A DNA stretch of 64,000 bases. Origin: Eledone cirrhosa. Lineage: Eukaryota. Position numbers and translations under genes: made by a program. Below, one piece after another: positions 13,342-25,600 of this stretch. Every line of letters begins with the position of its first letter. Position 1 is the stretch's first letter. The notes under the pieces were generated by a model, which was not told where the DNA came from, did not search any database, and saw nothing but the letters and a program-made list of their open reading frames with translations. The DNA is taken from positions 151,280,001 through 151,344,000 of the forward strand of contig OZ024740.1 of NCBI GenBank assembly GCA_964016885.1, read 5' to 3'.

Positions 13342-13346
<5 letters not shown>
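12983..13346 (+). repeat. Inverted partial copy of the 476-bp unit
   Basis: Reverse complement of ~12530-12887; ends in (TA)n. Confidence 0.95.
13043..13087 (+). ncRNA. Minimal type I hammerhead ribozyme (family A)
   Basis: Core CTGATGA 13050-13056, GAAA 13071-13074, predicted GUA cleavage after 13080, stem I aacggtg/catcgtt. Confidence 0.88.
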
Positions 13347-13387
<41 letters not shown>

Positions 13388-13694
13388 GTGTGTGTGTGTA
13401 TGTATACAAATGCATATATATATATATATATACATACATACAATATATATATATATATACAAATATATATAAAATATGTACGTACATACAAATATATATA
13501 CACACACACACATATATATATACATACATATATACATATATATAGTCATGTGATTAGTTTTGCCTGTGGGTCTACTTAGAAAGTAAGTTTACTAAATCCA
13601 ACCCCATACTGCGCTAAACTACTAACAAAACTACCATCAACTTTTCTATGGTCACGTCTAGATCAAATAATAATTACACAAGTCTACATCAAAT

Positions 13695-13878
13695 AATTGT
13701 TTCTACGTTAGGCACAAGGCCAGCAATTAACCATTGTATTACTGGTACTTTATTTTATCGACCCCGTAAGGATGAAAGGCAAAGTTAACCTCAGCGGGAT
13801 TTGTACTCAGAATGGCAAGGGCCGTAACTCTATACGTCAAAGCATGGCGTCCGACCCTCTACCAATACTGCCAATCCA
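13695..13878 (-). mobile_element. tRNA-derived SINE with Meta-like core (family 1)
   Basis: Minus strand has a B-box-like gagt(t/a)caaatcccgc and core ctttgcctttcatccttacggggtcgataaaataaagtaccag; many copies in the window. Confidence 0.8.
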
Positions 13879-14435
13879 TTGAAAAACGAGAAATACATCG
13901 GTTAATGTCTTCCTATATCTGTATATAAATTTCTGCGATTCTGTCACAACACGCAAAGAGAGGGGAGTAGTTTGACTACCTCATACTACTCCTCCATCTG
14001 CTGTCTGCTGCCTGCGGGAATGTAATGTTTGTGTGTGTAACAGGAAAGAAGGGGATAGTGAAGAAACTACGCCGTGTGTGTGTGTATATGTGTGTGTGTG
14101 TGTTTGTGTAAATGTGTGTGTGAATGTATATCTGTGAGTGTCTATTTCTTGTAAGTGTGTTTGTGTTTGCGCATTTATATTTATATACTCATACATATAA
14201 ATGTATGTACATGCACATAAACACACGCACACACATATGCACGTAAGCGTCAGCGTATGAAAAAAAATTCTAGTATATCCAAAAAGTCATGATAGAGACG
14301 ATTGGAATTATTTTGAGCTGGTTAGGATTTATCTGTTTGCTAAATAGCAAAAATATAGGACGCCATCTTAGTTTTACCATCAACAACATCAACTCAAGTT
14401 TCAGAATGCACTAGAAATAACACAGCTGTACCATT

Positions 14436-14466
<31 letters not shown>

Positions 14467-15342
14467 GCATCAACAGCAACAACAAAAACAGCAACAACAC
14501 AACTACAAACAACTACCACCACCTTCAACACTACAACCACAACCAACACCGCCGCCACAATAACAGTACCAACACTATCACCATCAACCCCACAACTACA
14601 ACTAACATCAGGGCCAGAAATCCAACTCCACCACCAATAACACCAACACTACCAACACCAGAACAACAACAAAGCAACAAACAACCAGTATTACCATCAC
14701 CAACAACAACAACATTTCCACCACCACGATTTCCACCTACCACCATCACCACCATCACCACCATCACCACCACAACAACAACCCTCACCACCATCCCACC
14801 CCCAACGCAACCACCTCCAGTAATCATCACAGCCAACACTTACATTACCACCACAACCATCACTACCACTGGCAACAGTTACAGCAGTACTATAAAAAAG
14901 TGGAATCCACCTTTGACATTGCCCTTTTAAATAAGTAGCTTCTCAACCTTTTAAACTCTGGATTCTTATAATTTTACACATCTGCACACCTGATCGCGAC
15001 CTCACCGACTTTTTCACTCCCATTGCTTCTTTTACGTTTATTTTTTCACCCTCTTCATCATCAATATTATAACAATCATTGTCATCATCATCATTATAGT
15101 CGCCATCAGCTTGGGAGGGCTGACTTGCAAAGATCATGGGATTTTTTTAAATAAAATTCAATGTAAATCTGTTTCAATTAATATCGAAAATAAATTATTT
15201 TTTGTGTATTTTGTGTATATATACATTTTTTCAGTATTAAGATGATGTTTGGGCCCTGTCATAGGCATCATCACCATAATCATTATCATCATCACCATCA
15301 CCATCATCATCATCATCATCGTCATCACCGTTGTCGTCGTCA

Positions 15343-15530
15343 TAATTGTTTCTACTTATGGCAAAAGGCCAGCAATTATGCCAGTGCATTACTGGTACTT
15401 TATTTTATCGACCCCGTAAGGATGAAAGGTAAAGCTGACATCGGCGGGATTTGAATTCAGACCGTAAAGGGCCGTAACTCTATGCTGGAAAGCATAGCAT
15501 CCGACAATCTATCGATACTGCCCATCCACC
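15343..15530 (-). mobile_element. SINE family 1 copy
   Basis: Same core as 13695-13878. Confidence 0.8.
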
Positions 15531-15669
15531 GTCGTCGTTATAATAGTCAACATTATCGTCAATCACCATCATCTTCCTTATCCTCATCATTATTACCACC
15601 ATCATCATCACAGTCGTTGACGTTGTTACCACTATCACTAACAAGGATGCGTACTTTCACTGTACCAGC

Positions 15670-16400
15670 TCAAATAGATTGACATTCGCAGTCGGGTTGG
15701 AAGTGGTATCACAACCGGCAGGTATTAAGATAAGCCTGCTGCAATTTGCTGACAATATAGTATTACTTAACTTGACTGAAGGAGATCTTCGACATGCACA
15801 TAACAGATTTGATACCGAGTGCTGCATGACTGGAATGAAAGTCAGTGTTGTGAAGACTGAGACAATCGTCGTCTCAAGGAAGCCTGTGCTCTCTACATGT
15901 GAGTGGAGTTCCACTGAAGCAGGGAGACAAATTCACTTATTTTGGGGTGGTGGTCACGAGGGATAGAATGCAGGAAGGGGAATTTAGTGTACGAATTGCA
16001 GGAGCTGATGCGATTATGCACCAGCTTCAGGATTCAGTCATCAGAATAAGGGATGTATGTGTGAAAGACAAACTGGCTATCTTCAGTTTGGTATTCGTGC
16101 CAACTTTTATATATGGTCATGAAAACCAGCGGTCGAATTGAGGTTCCTACGAAGAGTGTTTACAGGTAGAGCTGCTTCTCCTCTGAATTGAGAGGTTACA
16201 GCTCCGATACAACGGGCATGTGGTTAGAATGTCCCGGTGATGAATCGCTGGACAAATTTTACGGGCAAAACCAGCCAGCAGGAGACCCTGGGATAGAATC
16301 GGAGTAAGATGGTTGGATATCATCTATGAGCTTAACTATTCTCACTTGGGAATACGGCCGAATCAATTGGAGATGGTTGTTTCTGACAGCACCTGCTGAA
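15670..16400 (+). mobile_element. 5'-truncated, decayed RTE-clade (Expander/Rex3-like) LINE
   Basis: LLQFADNIVLL, GMKVSVVKTE, PLKQGDKFTYFG, LVFVPTFIYGHE. Confidence 0.8.
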
Positions 16401-17164
16401 AGATGTGCTTGGGAAGAAACACAGGCATCACTTGATCTAAACAAGTTTCACTTGTGTTGCGTGAGCATAGCCTTTTCTATTTTCCTTCGGCGCAGCACAT
16501 GCAGAAAGTAATCTAAGTCCTAAAAGGTAATGGTTGTGCTATCCATATATAAGAAAATCGTCGAAGGATGGCAATTCTCGAAACTGAGATGTAGCCATTA
16601 TGTAAGTATTTATCTACGTATGTACTCATGGATAGGCATATGTATGTATGTATGTATTTATGTATGTAAATATCTATAAATGCGTACGCATCTATGTAAG
16701 TATGTGTGCATTTTTTCTATGTATCTCTATACTTATGCATTCATGTTTCTATGTATGTGTATATGTATACTATCATGCTGAAAAATATTCCCAATCAATT
16801 ATATTCATTTTAGCTTTCCCAATATTACAGGATTAACCTACCTTTAATAAATGCTAACAAAATTAATAACATTTTTTCTTCAAAGATAAGAATTTCCTCA
16901 GTATAATAATTGAATTTTTAAAAAATCAAAGATAATCTAATACGTTATACTTCCTAATTACATAGATAATGTCTGCTAATCGAAGTTTTTCAAGTGAAAT
17001 TCTAGAACAGTATCAGATACGCTGTGTTAGCACTGGATTGCTGTTTTCTTTGAAATATTTCATCGTTATTACCTTTTTTCTGTTTGTGTGGGTACATTCT
17101 AATTCTGGTGTGCCTTTGGTATGTCCATTAAGACAAAATGGATAGCATTGTAAGTGGAAAGGTC

Positions 17165-17420
17165 TTCGACCAGTTTCAATGATGAGTGTTCAATTTCGAT
17201 CGACGAAACAGCCTGTTCATAAAATTCTCTTGTACGCTGATAAGCATTCTACAGATACGTGTACACTGATCGTATTTTCGAGGGAGATTCAACATAATAT
17301 AGTATGACAATTCTGGCCATTTGAATTGCAGCTACGGTCCAAACGTCGGGTTTACAAATCAGTTTCCTCTTGCCAATTTTATTCACATGGAATATGTTGA
17401 AGAGTGACTATAGTAAATTA
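17165..17420 (-). mobile_element. Decayed SINE family 2 copy (others ~30920-31120, 48245-48480, 48900-49220)
   Basis: Shared segments cagcct(g)ctcgtgaaattaacgtgcaa and aaataaagtgtcttgctcaa among copies. Confidence 0.5.
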
Positions 17421-18306
17421 GATTTTTCCAATATGACATTCAATAAAAACGAATCTAGGATTGAATGATTCCGAAGCGAACTTCTTAACAATTTGGCTAT
17501 GCATCTTCCATAATATAAACTAGTGTTAGCAAAATTTACTTCCTTGTGAAGAGTTTAGGGCAGCCACTTATTAGAGGGTTGGTATTATCCATGCGAGTGT
17601 GGCACAATTGAAAGTTTGAGACATCTGTCTTTTTTTTATCAGATTTTTAGTAAGCTGGCGCATTTTCAGAATCTTTAGGACATTGAATTAAAAGACTCGG
17701 TGTCTATTCCGGTTCACTGTGATCTGAGTTCAAATCTACCGGTGTGAACCTTAACTTTCATCCTTTCGATATTGATAAATTAAAATTCACTAGGGTCAAA
17801 ATTCCTCTATCCGACCTGGAGAGGAATGGGTGTCATGAGGTTTCAAATGGCCACGATGTGACGTTTTCCAGGACGGTAACATTTCGACTCTTTCAGGAGA
17901 TAAGTGACTTTGAGAAGAGTAAATTTCTTGGGTGAAATTTACATGGAGACTTATTTCCACAGTTAAGAACGTACCTAATATCTTTATTCTTCCTCAGTCT
18001 AAGTGAAGTAATATAGCAATGAAAGTTGGTTGGCCTAATCTCGTGTATAGTTCCATTTAAAACACATCATATCAACGTCATTACTGATGCGTAAGTTAGC
18101 AGTAGTGTTTAGTATTTTCCCAGTTTTTGATGTACACGTTATGTATTACATTTATTTTCATGTAATATATAGTAATATTATTCGGGATGTCAAAATCTGT
18201 CGAGAGTTCTTTAAATGAAAAATGCTTTTAGTACATAACTAACTTTTCACATGCAAACACACACATACAGACATCCCACAGAGAGAGAGAGAGAGAGAGT
18301 GAGAGG

Positions 18307-18370
<64 letters not shown>

Positions 18371-18754
18371 TGTATATATATATTTATATTTCTAAGTTAG
18401 AAGCAACAACGTCTTTTTACTATGAAAAACACTGGATGCAGAAAAAAATTGTACAACGCCGCGTGTGCAATTCGAACCCACACATACAATATATAGTTTC
18501 ACCGTACCACACATTACACTAAAGTGACTGGTTTAATGATGGGTAGATGAATTTTCCCCTAACTTATACCACAACTTACCTTCCTCAGTACTAATCATAT
18601 TTGTATATGAGCAATACTTCACAGGCTACGGGGAACAGTCGGCACGAATTCCTCTATTTATGTTTATATTGTGCCGAGACATATCGATGAGTACGAATTT
18701 ACCCTATTACTTCGTGTTAGATTCTAGTAATTAGGTTACATTATTTGCCACCCT

Positions 18755-18930
18755 GAGTGTCGGACATCCTGCCTCGTGGCACAGAGTTACGGCCCTTTAC
18801 GTTCTGAGTTCAAATCCCGCCGAGGTTAGCTTTGCCTTTTATCCTTACAGGGTCGATAAAATAAAGCACCAGTTTAAATCGTCTTTCCCCTCCCCTCCAA
18901 ATTGCAGTATAAACAAAGTATAAACAATTA
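18755..18930 (+). mobile_element. SINE family 1 copy
   Basis: gagttcaaatcccgccgaggttagctttgccttttatccttacagggtcgataaaataaagcaccag. Confidence 0.8.
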
Positions 18931-19129
18931 TTTGCCAACCTAAACATCCACATAATTTCATGAATTCAAGTATGACACACAATATTGTAAGCTTTTTAAA
19001 AATTTACTCATGTCATATTCATATTTATACTCTGGGATTTACAGTTTTGGGTCACTAACTATGTTTTTTATGAGATGATCTTTCATTTTTGTTTTTTTTT
19101 CAAGTAGATCATTTGTCTATAGGGAGGTG

Positions 19130-19590
19130 ACTGTAGATTAATAAGTAAGAGTGTATATTCTCAGACAGTATTTCAGTTAACAGTTTCCGAAGCATGCAAT
19201 AGGTTTATAATGTCCAGCTACCTGATATTTCGTAGAATCCTTCCTAATAATAGTGTTCCATATTTCAACCATCTAGCTTGCCAGCCCATTCTGTGCAGCA
19301 TATTCATTACGGTAGATAGCAATATTTTATGCCATGCATTAAAATACGCAATTCAGTAACAATGTATGAAGTCTGGACTAAGAGCCTTCCAGTTTAACAA
19401 CCTTTTAAGTCTGCATACAGATGTTTTCACTAATGATTGTCTGGATCATTCAATCTATCTTCAGATATCACTGATCCCTTCAGCGCTTACAGTGTGTTTC
19501 AGAGGCGTTTATCAGAAGATCGTGACATCGTGTGGATCGGATGCTAAATCTTTAATACCATCATCCAATAGGCTTTAAAAAATCTTCCTT
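19130..19590 (-). mobile_element. Decayed R4/Dong-type LINE RT fragment
   Basis: Minus translation KRLLNWKALSPD...HYKPIAC...KLLTEILSENIHSYL resembles the RT start at 43743. Confidence 0.6.
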
Positions 19591-19984
19591 TAACTGCTTT
19601 CAAATAAACTGTTCTGCTGAAACTGATATATTCTTTCTGTATATCTTTGATGTTATACACTTGTATATATTCCCTTTCTCACCTGTTCCATGACTGTATG
19701 AACAGTCTGTTTTGTTAATCGAACAGCGGGAACACTCATCGTCGAAATGATGGAGGCCCATTCTAATCCTACAATAATAAAAATATATTAAATTAAACAA
19801 GATAAAACGATTTATGATTTAAATTTTAGTAGAACATCTGTAAATGGTACGTTTACATTTACGTTTTGTTGGAATTTATGACAAATTTCGTGTGCATTTA
19901 ATTTGGAATGCTACATGTATATACAGCTATCAGCTAACACAGTGTATATAATCTAATTATCGTGTAGATAAAAACACGTATATA

Positions 19985-20108
19985 TAATTGTTTCTACTTT
20001 TGGCACAAGGCCAGCAATTACCCAGTACATTACTGGTTCTTTATTTTATCGACCCCGTAAGGATGAAAGGCAAAGTTAACCTCGCCGGGATTTGAACTCA
20101 GATCGTAA
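19985..20108 (-). mobile_element. SINE family 1 copy, 5'-truncated
   Basis: Core match. Confidence 0.8.
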
Positions 20109-20293
20109 AAAATAGCAATGATATATTTTATTTCCTACAAAAATATATACCTTTCAGAAAATAAGCTCGAATAATATGTAAGGTCATATATATATATGTA
20201 TAGTATATTTGGCAATATACTGTATGCTTAATTAAAAACATTTTGAAAACCTTGCGCTATTATTTTAAAGTAGTGACTATGTCACTTACTTCT

Positions 20294-20384
20294 TTTTCAA
20301 CAAACAAAGGGAGATAAGTTGACAGATCTCTTTCACACTGTTGGTGATCATCAGAGCTTAGCACTCCCCGATGTTTGTTGAAAA
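20294..20384 (-). ncRNA. Type I hammerhead ribozyme relic with long stem I (family C)
   Basis: taagct-CTGATGA-t cac caaca gtg t-GAAA-gagatctg-TC^aactta; stem I extended by ttttcaacaaaca/tgtttgttgaaaa; two apparent mutations. Confidence 0.7.
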
Positions 20385-20528
20385 TTATAGAAGCTGGATT
20401 CTTATAGAATTCCAGTAATAATCAATTATACAGAGCGATTGCCGGTCCAGCAAAAATTGAATATTAGGATTGATGCTCTGAAATAGCGATGTGTATATGA
20501 ATACATCGGTATTTCAGAGCACCAAACC

Positions 20529-20626
<98 letters not shown>

Positions 20627-20949
20627 TGTGTGTTTGTGTGTCTGTGTTTATGTGTCTGCGTCTGTGTATAACCAACAAAAGAAAATAATTGAATAAACTA
20701 CATATCTCATTTAACGTATTTCGATTGTTTCGGCATTGCCGACGATGATTACACTGTACGTTAAAATTCAAGAAGATGGAAAAACTTGTATACACCATGT
20801 GTTAAGAAGGAAGCAATATACTTTTAGAAGCAAATTGAAGCATAATATAAACTATAAAAAACTCAGTTACCAAAAAAAAAAAAAAGATAGACTACAAAGT
20901 TTGCACGCAGCACTCATTACTTCAAATGAAGAAAGAGGTACGTTGACAA

Positions 20950-21267
20950 AATGAATTACAATCTTAAATCTGTCAACATAACTCTTACTTCAATTGAAGC
21001 CTTGACTGTCAACCGTAAATGGAGAAGTCGGCCACAATGTATAAAGATCTTTGAAAAATATCGATTAGCCCACCTCCGTGTGATAAGATCTAATACCAAA
21101 GTCCAGTCAAGCATTACAGCCCACTTTATCCGAGATCCCGTCATCTGCACGAAATGCGGATTGATGTGTAAATCAGCAGCTGGATTGAAAAGCCATTTGA
21201 GGTATAAATATAAAAAAATGAATTGAAAAGACTGTTGAACACTGATACGTGGAATCGACGGGAGAGT

Positions 21268-21275
<8 letters not shown>
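20950..21275 (+). mobile_element. 3' fragment of an RTE-clade LINE
   Basis: NRKWR...CTKCGLMCKSAAGLKSHLR C2H2-like terminus, short 3' UTR, then (AT)n. Confidence 0.65.
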
Positions 21276-21350
<75 letters not shown>

Positions 21351-21357
<7 letters not shown>

Positions 21358-22149
21358 TTACAGAATAATCAAAACTAAGTTCAAAACATTTTATTGCTGA
21401 CAATCATTTCTTCCAAACTTTCGTTTGGAATCATCGGAGCACTAGCTACTAGAACAACTCTAACCCTGGATAAGATTGTAATAGGACCAATATACAATCC
21501 ATAGTTGTAACTACTTATAAACATTCACTAAAATATAACCAATGTACATTCACTAAAATATAACCAATGTAATGGAAAAGAAAACGTTAATATTAATACC
21601 CACTACACATGCACATTTGAACATTACAGGAACAATTATCACACTACATCCACCATAAACTTCATAGAAACTACTTTTAATACACAAACATCTCTGTCTG
21701 CTTAATATGCTTTTAAACCTGCATTGTATTATGTGATGCCTTTGCCACACTGTAATATATATATGCCTAGTACCAGTGCTTGTTTCCTACCTAGCTATTC
21801 TGTACATGCCTAACACATTTGCACTCCCTATACGCTTGCATATGTACTGCTAATGTCCGCGTTTTGAGAGTAACTTTCTGCCTTAATTCCTATATAATTG
21901 CTATATTATTCTTTTGTAATATTTGTCGCATCCACTGATACTGACCTCAACATCTCCACTCTGTAAATATGACACTGTTGGTGACAACATTAATATCTAT
22001 GTATCTTTATGATTTTTCTGTAGAATAGGACGTTCATTATATGTCTAAACTTTGCTAGTGCTCCGATAAATCCAAACGAAAGTTTGGAAGAAACGATTGT
22101 CAACAATAAAATGTTTTGAACATAGTTTTGATTATTCTGTAATTTATAT
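21351..22149. mobile_element. Non-autonomous element with ~96-bp inverted arms, each carrying an outward-facing HHR-like motif (family D)
   Basis: 21351-21446 is the reverse complement of 22054-22149; left end at (TA)n. Confidence 0.85.
21395..21441 (-). ncRNA. Hammerhead-like motif with U4C core variant (family D)
   Basis: tgct-CCGATGA-ttccaaac gaaa gtttggaa-GAAA-tgattg-TC^agca; 8-bp stem II with GNRA loop. Confidence 0.65.
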
Positions 22150-22380
22150 TCATGCTCTGTAAAACATCTGATATATTTACATTGAGCTATTTTTTTTTAC
22201 TGGTAATAAGGTAGTAATGAATTACTGACCTTTCCTGTTTATAATTATATATAGTGTATATATAAGTATAAATAATATTATTATTATGATATATATATAC
22301 ATATATATAATGTTGTAGTTTGTTTGAAGCATTGTCTACGATATACAACGTGGAACGAGATAGAATGCTAAACAATTCAA

Positions 22381-22561
22381 AATGGACTGTAAGATGAGGT
22401 GACGAAAAAGTAATTTACCTGGTAATCTATAAGTTCCTTAAACCCTAAAGAAGGGACTTTTAGCTCCCTAAATATTGGACAGAAGAAAGTAACAGCAGCA
22501 AAAAACAAAAGAAAGATTACCAGGTAACTTACTTTCTCGTTTCTTCATCTTACAATCCATT
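22381..22561. repeat. Imperfect inverted repeat, ~48-bp arms
   Basis: 22381-22428 vs 22514-22561. Confidence 0.7.
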
Positions 22562-22580
22562 ATATTATGTGCTTTATGTG

Positions 22581-22636
22581 CATTAAGAATACTTTAAAGC
22601 AATTAAACCCCGAGCAACGCCGGATACTTCTGCTAG
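22581..22636 (+). mobile_element. Isolated Helitron 3' terminus (hairpin + CTAG), inverted relative to the large Helitron
   Basis: cattaag...ccccgagcaacgccggatacttctgCTAG|T; mirrors 22656-22704. Confidence 0.85.
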
Positions 22637-22655
22637 TATAATTATATATATATAT

Positions 22656-25600
22656 AAGTGCCCGGCGTTGCTCGGGGTTTAATTGCTTTAAAGTACTCTT
22701 AATGATTCCACTCAATTATGATTATTGAGGCAAAGATTGATATAAGTTCCTGCCCAACCAATCGATTTGCAATGGGATAGAAAGCCCTGCAAAGGGCTTT
22801 CCAACATTCTCAGAAGGGGGTAACAATTGAATGTGAGTTGGCCCTGAAAAGGGCCGTCTTATCGTTCTCACAATGGTAACAATTTGGTAGGGACTCCTGG
22901 AAAGGGGTGTAAAACGTTCGCAGCTGAATAGGGCCTCTTCCTCTTCCACCACTGTCAGCGGACGTCCTGTCCCGAAACTTCATGCACTGTGAAGAAAGAT
23001 TGGATGCCCTATGGAGGAAAGAGGGAGAATAAGCATGGGTAAGTAAATACGGGTAAGTTTGAAAATATACAACAATAGCATCTACTCACCGTATGTCAGA
23101 CCGGCAAGACTGTAGTGGTGCTGAATAGAGGAGTCACGACACCTCTCTGTTGACCACATATTTTGTTCTGCCTTTGGGCGGAAGTATGAATAAGTTCTCC
23201 TTGCATCCGACTCTTCAGCATGCGACGTATAATTGGTCGTGTGAGAAGCACGGCTGGGATAAATGGAAGCCTGCCGTTGTTAGCGTTTTGCCTTGGGACT
23301 TGTTGATTGACATCAAGAAGCAAAGTTTTACGGGGAATTTAAGTTGGTGCAGAGTACAGGGGCCATCCTTACCTGTTGGAGTTAATGGTTCTCTGGGTAT
23401 AAAGACGTTTTCACCAGCGCTGCAGCCCGTGAGAATTGTGGTTTCAATTACATGCGGCAGGAGGTTTCTTACCACTAACCGTGTTTCATTGCAGAGACGC
23501 GGTGGTTCCAGGTTCCTCAACAACATCACTGGAGCCCCAACTTTGAGGCGCAATTCATGAGGTGGCAGTCCGGAGGGGTCCAAGGAATTGAGGAATTCTG
23601 TGGGAAAATCGTCAACCTCATCTGTGTCCACAACTGTGTCCACATATTTGTAGGTATGGAGGTTTCCAGGAATGCGTTGCAGAAGGTCCTCATTGATTTT
23701 TGCAAAGAGACATTTTTGGGAGCTAATATGGCTCTATCGCACAACCAACTCGTGTTTTTGTAGTTGATGGCCATATCGGGAAAGACAGAGGCTGTGAGGT
23801 CGTCAACAGTATCGACAACGATGCCTACTTGCGAGACTGCAATTTCTCCAGCTGCATCTGAAGGTGCAGTGCCGTCACCAACTGTTAAGAGGTCCTTCGA
23901 GAAGTCGGCTGATAAGTGGTCGCCGAACAGTTGGGCTCTCATGTTTGTTGTGAGGGTCAGAATTGTCACCTCCTGCCACAGGGGAGATGACTTAATGCAA
24001 GCCCCCATAGTGTTGGCCCTGGTGGCTTTTGGAACAACTGGAAGAGATTGTTGAAAATCGCCAGACAGCAGTAGAGGTACTCCTCCCATCGGCTGGTTGC
24101 ATTCCCTGATGTCTCGTAGGATCCTGTCTAACGCCTCAAGGGACCATTTATGGGCCATTGTGCATTCGTCCCACACAATTAGCTGACATTTTTTCAAGAC
24201 TTCTGCTTTGTCAGAGTCCTTGGTGATATTGCAGGTTATTGTGTCGTCTGAAGTCGCGTTCAATGGTAGTTTAAATGCGGAATAAGCTGTCCTACCTCTG
24301 GGCAGCAGAGTTGCGGTAATCCCAGAAGAAGCCACAGCCAGGGCGATTCCATTTTGCTGTCGCACTTTGGCGAGGAGAATTTTAGTGACGAATATTTTAC
24401 CAGTTCCTCCTGGGGCGTCCAAAAAGAAGATACCTCCTGTGCGTTGACGAATGGAACTGCAAACTGTGTCATACGCCCGCCGTTGGTCCTGCAACAATTT
24501 CGGCTCGTTTTCGTTGATGAACAGTTCGAGGGCGTCGATATCGTAGGCAGTTTCCTGAATTATGCCCGTCGGAAATTTGTCCGAGCCCGTTCGCTGAACT
24601 TTTGGCAGTCCATAGAATAGAAGGTCATTTCCGCCGGCAGTTGGGATTTTGTCCTCGATGTCAATGAGAACTTTGTTGAAGATTCGTCGCTGAGTCGTCC
24701 GTCGGAATGAGGGAGTAACAGTTGTCCTTGGTGTATGTAGTCATCGGAAATGTCCTCTTTGTATTTCTCCCATAAGGATACAAGATCGCTTGGCTCGCAT
24801 GTCTGCAGTAGCACCGCAAAGAGTTGCTGAAGACTTCGCGCTGAGCTTATTGTAGCTGCCTCCGCCAATGTTGCATCTCACTGAGCGCCATGTTCCAGTA
24901 GACCTCGTCTAAGGCAAGCTGCGCGGAATGAGGGTACAAACCTCTCCGTTGATTGTTTTCAGATCGTCGAAAGATGTCGGTAATACCACCTCATGCAGTA
25001 GAAGGCGGAGATAAAAGCATACCTGTTGGTTAGGATGAATTGTGTAGATTCTCCCAAGGGTAGAGGAGATTTTAATGTCTGGATGTCCCTCGACGGATTG
25101 TCCTTTCACACTTCTTAACCAAATTATGTTGTCTGTGTTCCAAGTGTAGCATGATGGCACCTGAGAGTAGAAGAGGGTCTTGACGAAGGGATCGTTTCGG
25201 CATAACTTAAAAAATGCCGTAAGTTGGGTGTCCTTGGGTTCCTCTGCTATCTCAGCAGCGGTGGAGGCAGTGAAGTAAACTCTTTGACCGTTTTCAAGGA
25301 GCACCGCCAACTGTTTGATTGGGGGGGTAGTTATGGTGTATTGCAAAGTGGAAGAATCGCCAGAATGCTTCGTTACTGCTGATGTATCGGCCGACCTGGT
25401 ATCGAGTGATTTCGTCTCGGCTGTTCTCCATTGTAAGACCGAAGGACGCAGCATCGGACCCCTTATTGATGTACTTGCAGGCGTACTTTATTGATTTAAC
25501 TGAGTGGCAGTATTCAACGTTAATGTGGGCGTTAAACATTTTAAGCAGAAGTGGGCAGTAGGGTACAATCCACCGGTTGTCGACGTGGTGATTTGGGGTT

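Noticed and set aside
11997-13346. CRISPR-like or protein-coding interpretation of the repeated ORFs
   Set aside because: No repeat-spacer structure; the ORFs are low-complexity by-products of a non-coding tandem unit
13790-13878. tRNA gene
   Set aside because: A/B-box-like head belongs to a multi-copy SINE; no cloverleaf
14400-14880. Gly/Val-rich ORF 14531-14839
   Set aside because: Degenerate (CAA/CAC)n low-complexity tract
18540-18592. Minus-strand CTGAGGA...GAAA
   Set aside because: No stem I, II or III pairing
19683-19790. Apparent minus-strand exon with good acceptor and GTGAGA donor
   Set aside because: Body matches SINE family 2; no partner exons or protein similarity
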